Below, piece by piece: positions 59,810 through 64,000 of a DNA stretch of 64,000 bases. Numbering within the stretch: position 1 is the first letter of the stretch; each line of letters begins with the position of its first letter. The stretch spans positions 3,072,001 through 3,136,000 of the forward strand of contig CBDFIQ010000002.1 of the NCBI GenBank assembly GCA_965248195.1, in the 5' to 3' direction. The notes below the pieces were generated by a model. That model worked only from the letters and a program-made list of their open reading frames with translations, did no database searches and was not told where the DNA came from. The translations under genes and the position numbers were made by a program. This DNA comes from Longimicrobiales bacterium. GTDB taxonomy: Bacteria > Gemmatimonadota > Gemmatimonadetes > Longimicrobiales > Gaopeijiaceae.

Positions 59810-61144
59810 CTACACCCCGCTTAGCGCGTCGAGCGGCAGTCGACCGGTCGCGTCCCCCAGCGACTCGATGGGCACACCCATCTTGTCGAGCAGGCTCAGA
59901 TGCAGGTTCGCGAGCGGCGTGTCTTCGGCGTACTGCGTGTGACGCCCGCCCGTGCCCGCCCCGCCACCGGCGAGGAGGATCGGCAGGTTCCCGGAGTAAT
60001 GGGAGTTGCTGTCGGCCATGCCGGCGCCGTAAACGATCATCGAGTGATCGAGCAGCGTCCCGTCGCCATCGGGCGTCGAGCTCAGTCGCGTGATGAACTC
60101 GGAAAACAGCTCCGCGTGGTACCGGTTGATCTTCCTCAGCTTCTCGAGCTTGACCGGATCCCTCTGATGGTGGGAGATGGGATGGTGGGCGTCTGGCACG
60201 CCGATCTCGGCGTAGGTGCGGCCCGTGATCTCGCGTCCCATCATGAACGTCGCCACGCGAGTGAGATCCGTTTCGTACGCGAGGGCCAGGAGATCGAACA
60301 TCAGCCTCGTGTGCTCGCCGAAGGTGCTCGGGATCCCCGCCGGCTGATCGATCACCGGCAGCTCACGCTCGCTCTGCGCTTCGGCCATCTGGATTCGCCG
60401 CTCGATGTCGCGTACCGCCTCGAGGTACTGGTCCAGCTTGGCTTGGTCGCTCGACCCGAGCTGCCGGGACAGAGCACGCGCTCGCTCGGTGACGGAATCG
60501 AGCAAGCTCGCGTCCTTCCCCAGCCGCGCCTTCCGGACCGCCGGATCGGTGCTGCCGCTGTCGCCGAAGAGCCGCTCGAATACCGCACGTGGGTTGTTCT
60601 CCATCGGGAGCGGCGTCGTATCATTCGCCCAGGAGATCGTGTTGGTGTACGCGCAGCTGAAGCCCTCGTCACACGAGCCGGCAAAGTCACGCCCGTCGAT
60701 GGCGAGCTCGAGCGTGGCAAGCTGCGTCTCGCGACCGAGCACACGTCCCGCGATCTGATCCATCGAGATGCCGGCCCGAAGATTCGACCCATTGTCCCGC
60801 TGTGAAGCAACGCCGGTCAGGAAGCGCGTGGAGGCGCGCGCATGCGGCCCCTCGGCGTCCACGCCGTGCATGCCCGAGAGCACCTGTACTTGGTTGCGGA
60901 ACGGCTCGAGCGGCTGGAGGATCGTCGGGAAGTCGAAGCCGCTGCCGTCGGTGGTCGGGGTCCAGTGATCCATCATCATGCCATTCGGGACGTAAACGAT
61001 CCCCAGTCGACGCACGGGGTTCGCGGCCGTGTCGCGGAGTGCCGTAAAGGCCGGCACCATCCCGTCGAGGAGCGGCAACGCGAGCGACGCGCCGAGCCCA
61101 CGGAGCATCGTGCGGCGAGGGATTACCTTCTTGGTAATGATCAT
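59810..61144 (-). CDS. DUF1552 (HXXSHH) domain protein
   Basis: RRTMLRG..LPLLDGMVP, YVPNG and HHPISHH motifs. Confidence 0.92.
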   Translation of the reverse strand: MIITKKVIPRRTMLRGLGASLALPLLDGMVPAFTALRDTAANPVRRLGIVYVPNGMMMDHWTPTTDGSGFDFPTILQPLEPFRNQVQVLSGMHGVDAEGPHARASTRFLTGVASQRDNGSNLRAGISMDQIAGRVLGRETQLATLELAIDGRDFAGSCDEGFSCAYTNTISWANDTTPLPMENNPRAVFERLFGDSGSTDPAVRKARLGKDASLLDSVTERARALSRQLGSSDQAKLDQYLEAVRDIERRIQMAEAQSERELPVIDQPAGIPSTFGEHTRLMFDLLALAYETDLTRVATFMMGREITGRTYAEIGVPDAHHPISHHQRDPVKLEKLRKINRYHAELFSEFITRLSSTPDGDGTLLDHSMIVYGAGMADSNSHYSGNLPILLAGGGAGTGGRHTQYAEDTPLANLHLSLLDKMGVPIESLGDATGRLPLDALSGV

Positions 61145-63618
61145 GACTCCGACCTCCGCTTGCGGAACGGGGTGCTTTGCACGATGCCCACAATGATAGA
61201 CGACCAGCGGTAATTCTCCAAAGATGCTGTGCGAGTGATGTCCCGTACAGTCGGCCGGTCGTAGTGTTCGGGCGCCCGGCCGATTGCATACGCCAGCAGC
61301 TTCTCAGTCACGGTGCCGCTGAACTGTTCCCGGCGCTCGAGGAGCAGCGTCCGGAGGCCCTGTGGCCCATAAAACTGGGTCCCGTTGGGCAACTGACCCG
61401 ACGCGTCGATCGCCAGATTGGCCTCCCCGGTGCTTCGCCACCTGCCAATCGCGTCGTAGTTCTCGAGCGCCAACCCCAGGGGATCCATCGGTGCGTGGCA
61501 GGCCGAGCAGACGGGGTCCTCTCGGTGGCGTAGCATCCGATCGCGAACCGTGGCCGGCTGACCGTCCTCACCCCGGTCCGGAAGATCCGGCACGTCGGCC
61601 GGTGGCGGCGGTGGCGGCGTCCCGAGGATGTTCGTCAGCACCCACTTGCCGCGGAGTACCGGTGAGGTCCGATTCGCATAGGAGGTGACGGTGAGCAGAC
61701 TTCCCTGTCCCAAGATGCCACCTCGTCGCTCGGCAAGGTCACCATCGAGCGGCACCCGGCGGAAGTGGCTGCCGTAGACGCCGGGAATGCCGTAGTGCTC
61801 CGCGAGCCGCTCATTGGCGAACGTGTAGTCGGCGCCGAGCAGATCGAGCACGCTTCGGTCGTCGCGAATCAAGCTTTCGACGAAGAGCTCGGTCTCCTGC
61901 CGGAACGCGTCGCGCAGATTTTCGTCGAACTCGGGAAACGTGACCGCGTCGGGCACCACGCTGCGCAGGTTCCGCAGGTAGAGCCATTGGCCGGCGAAGT
62001 TCTGCACCAGCGCCTTCGAGCGGGAGTCGGCCAGCATGCGTCGGGTCTGCTGCTCGAGCACCTCCGGATCCTGGAGCATACCGCGCTCGGCAGCTTCGAG
62101 TAGCTCGGCGTCCGGGATGCTGCTCCACAGAAAAAACGAGAGCCGCGAGGCGAGCTCGAGATTGCTCAAAGCGTAGACGGTCCCCGGTGCGATACCGGTC
62201 GGGTCGCGCTCTACGCGGAACAGGAAATCGGGCGAGATGAGCAGTCGCTCCAGCGCGAGCTGGATGCCGGCATCGAAGCTGCCGTCGCTCCGTCCCGCGT
62301 GGTAGAATTCCATGAGCGTAGCGAGATCGTGCGCCTCGACCGGTCGCCGGTACGCGTGGCGCGCCAGCGACGACAGAATCTCGCGGGCGCACACTTCCTC
62401 GTCCGAAGATGCGTCGCTCGCCGGTCGGCAGGTGAACACCGCCCGGCGGCTCGGCGTGTCACCCGGGCCACCGCTCCCATACGGTCCGGTGATCGCCACG
62501 TGCTCAACGGCCGCGTTCCCGTCGCGCATCTCGTTCACCGCCGCCGCGAACACGCTCTGGCGAGGCTGAAGCACGCCTTCGGGCTCGGTAAACCTCCGGA
62601 CGAACGAGACGCCGACGAGGCGCGGCCCCGCCTTGGCCGTAAAGCGTATCCGCAGATCGGCGTCGGCGAAGAGCATGTACTCTTCCCAGGCCGGATCGCC
62701 GAACTGGTTGCCTCCGTAGCTCGCGGGCGCCTGCAGGACGTCCGGCTCCTCGCCACCGAAGGTGAACGTACGGACCAACTCGCCGTCGAGGCGGACCTCC
62801 AGCTCGTGGCGCGACCCTAGGCCGCGCACGTAGTTCACATAGTTCCGATGAAGTCCGATCGCGAGGTCGTATTCGCCGTCGAGGGGGAAGTAGTGGCGGA
62901 TTCCAATCCCTCCGCGCGAGCCAAACGGGAGGTCGTCCCCCATTCGGTCGTTCTGTACGAGCAGAATCGGCACCGCGTAGGTCTCGCCTACCGGTCCCAG
63001 CGGAGCTTCGCCGACCGCCAGTCGTGCCGTCTTCCGCGCCGCCGATAAGTACCGCTCCATCAAGGCGGGTGAGACCGTCAACACGTCGGCCATGTTGTCG
63101 AAACCGTGCTCGTCGATGTCGTCCGCGGGCAACAGCGCCTCCACGTCGACATCGAGCGCCAACAGATCACGAACGGCGTTGGCGTATTCGGCGCGATTGA
63201 GGCGATGGAACGCCTCGGTCCGGCCAGGATTCGGATTGGCCGCCGCGAACTGGTCGATCTCGGACTCGAGCCATGCGGTGAGCACGGCGTAGGTCTCGTC
63301 CGCCGGACGCGACCGGCCCACCGGCGGCATCCGCCGTGAGCGAAGCTGCAGGAGGACCCTTTCAGGAATCCCGGCGTGTTCACCCACCCGTGCAAGATCG
63401 AGGCCCTCGAAGGAGAGGTCGCCCCTGCGGCTTCGGTCGTTATGGCAGCTGACGCAGTACTCGCCGAGGGTCGCCTGGAGAAGTTCGGCTTCGGAGGCCG
63501 GCTGCGCTTGGGCGCTGACAGCCAGTGGGGCGGAAAAGAGTACCACGGTCACGAGGACCACCGTCCCGAGCACCGCTGTTCTGAACACGGACTCCAGCGA
63601 CAGGTTTCGTGACATCAT
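61141..63618 (-). CDS. DUF1592/DUF1588 (PSD/PSCyt) diheme cytochrome-like protein
   Basis: CVSCH..MPP, RLNRAEY, LASRLSFFLWSS, RTSPVLRGKW and CSACH motifs. Confidence 0.92.
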   Translation of the reverse strand: MMSRNLSLESVFRTAVLGTVVLVTVVLFSAPLAVSAQAQPASEAELLQATLGEYCVSCHNDRSRRGDLSFEGLDLARVGEHAGIPERVLLQLRSRRMPPVGRSRPADETYAVLTAWLESEIDQFAAANPNPGRTEAFHRLNRAEYANAVRDLLALDVDVEALLPADDIDEHGFDNMADVLTVSPALMERYLSAARKTARLAVGEAPLGPVGETYAVPILLVQNDRMGDDLPFGSRGGIGIRHYFPLDGEYDLAIGLHRNYVNYVRGLGSRHELEVRLDGELVRTFTFGGEEPDVLQAPASYGGNQFGDPAWEEYMLFADADLRIRFTAKAGPRLVGVSFVRRFTEPEGVLQPRQSVFAAAVNEMRDGNAAVEHVAITGPYGSGGPGDTPSRRAVFTCRPASDASSDEEVCAREILSSLARHAYRRPVEAHDLATLMEFYHAGRSDGSFDAGIQLALERLLISPDFLFRVERDPTGIAPGTVYALSNLELASRLSFFLWSSIPDAELLEAAERGMLQDPEVLEQQTRRMLADSRSKALVQNFAGQWLYLRNLRSVVPDAVTFPEFDENLRDAFRQETELFVESLIRDDRSVLDLLGADYTFANERLAEHYGIPGVYGSHFRRVPLDGDLAERRGGILGQGSLLTVTSYANRTSPVLRGKWVLTNILGTPPPPPPADVPDLPDRGEDGQPATVRDRMLRHREDPVCSACHAPMDPLGLALENYDAIGRWRSTGEANLAIDASGQLPNGTQFYGPQGLRTLLLERREQFSGTVTEKLLAYAIGRAPEHYDRPTVRDITRTASLENYRWSSIIVGIVQSTPFRKRRSES

Positions 63619-63780
63619 CTGTCAGTCCCCCACTGAATCCTAGGCTAACCCTAGTGTGACTATCCCGGCGTCCCGGGGCATCTCGGTGGATCGCGAACTT
63701 CTGGGACAAACACCGGGCCTAGATTGGCCCGCCCTGACTGGGGTGTCAATGTTGGACCGAATGCCGTAGCATGGATCAAC

Positions 63781-64000
63781 ATGTGTAAGAGACTTCGTGC
63801 CACGGTACCGCTCATCGCCATGCTGGCCGCCGTTCTCGCCTGGCCGGTCGCAGCCCACTCGCAGTCTGCGCCTGCGATCATCGAGGCGTTGAAAGCGGGT
63901 GACCTCGAGACGGCACGCACGCTGGTCGCCGTGGGAGCCGACGTCAATGCACCCCAGGGCGATGGCGCCACGGCGCTCCACTGGGCAGCGCACCGGAACC
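63781..64000 (+). CDS. Secreted ankyrin-repeat protein, N-terminal part (runs off the window)
   Basis: My translation: MCKRLRATVPLIAML...GADVNAPQGDGATALHWAAHRN. Confidence 0.85.
   Translation, partial: MCKRLRATVPLIAMLAAVLAWPVAAHSQSAPAIIEALKAGDLETARTLVAVGADVNAPQGDGATALHWAAHRN

Overview
High-GC bacterial chromosomal window with about 55 CDS. It is probably from Gemmatimonadota, inferred from the HDRKVALKVLRPEL-type Ser/Thr kinase-TolB protein, the TolB/TPR protein and the DUF1592/DUF1552/PQQ repertoire. I could not support any rRNA, tRNA or CRISPR array. Most genes encode secreted or periplasmic hydrolases and redox proteins. Four modules stand out. (1) 37.6-43.7 kb: a GAF-AAA+-Fis sigma54 activator and an SxxC thioredoxin lie divergent from an operon preceded by a tandem palindromic enhancer and a -24/-12 promoter. 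The operon encodes a signal-peptide truncated globin, a two-domain cytochrome P460, a DUF4242-class III cyclase, a Zn-ribbon-like protein and a Mo enzyme. This is a candidate periplasmic NO/hydroxylamine handling and signalling system. (2) 51-57.4 kb: a cytochrome c-fused PHM/DBH-like copper monooxygenase and a PAL-like lyase, both with full catalytic ligand sets, flank a cytochrome c-PQQ dehydrogenase. This is a candidate split bacterial alpha-amidation system beside a DUF1592/DUF1552/ankyrin locus. (3) 16.8-22.7 kb: a Halothermothrix-type sucrose-phosphate synthase with glgC, a P-loop kinase, a HIT-type nucleotide-sugar phosphorylase and a second GT4, but no sucrose-phosphate phosphatase. 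(4) 28.5-32.7 kb: an NhaP-type antiporter split by two different IS256 elements that share a three-copy RBS/anti-RBS architecture. Duplicated gene ends, promoters and tandem paralogs indicate a rearrangement-prone region. Family calls come from motif recognition by eye; no searches were run.
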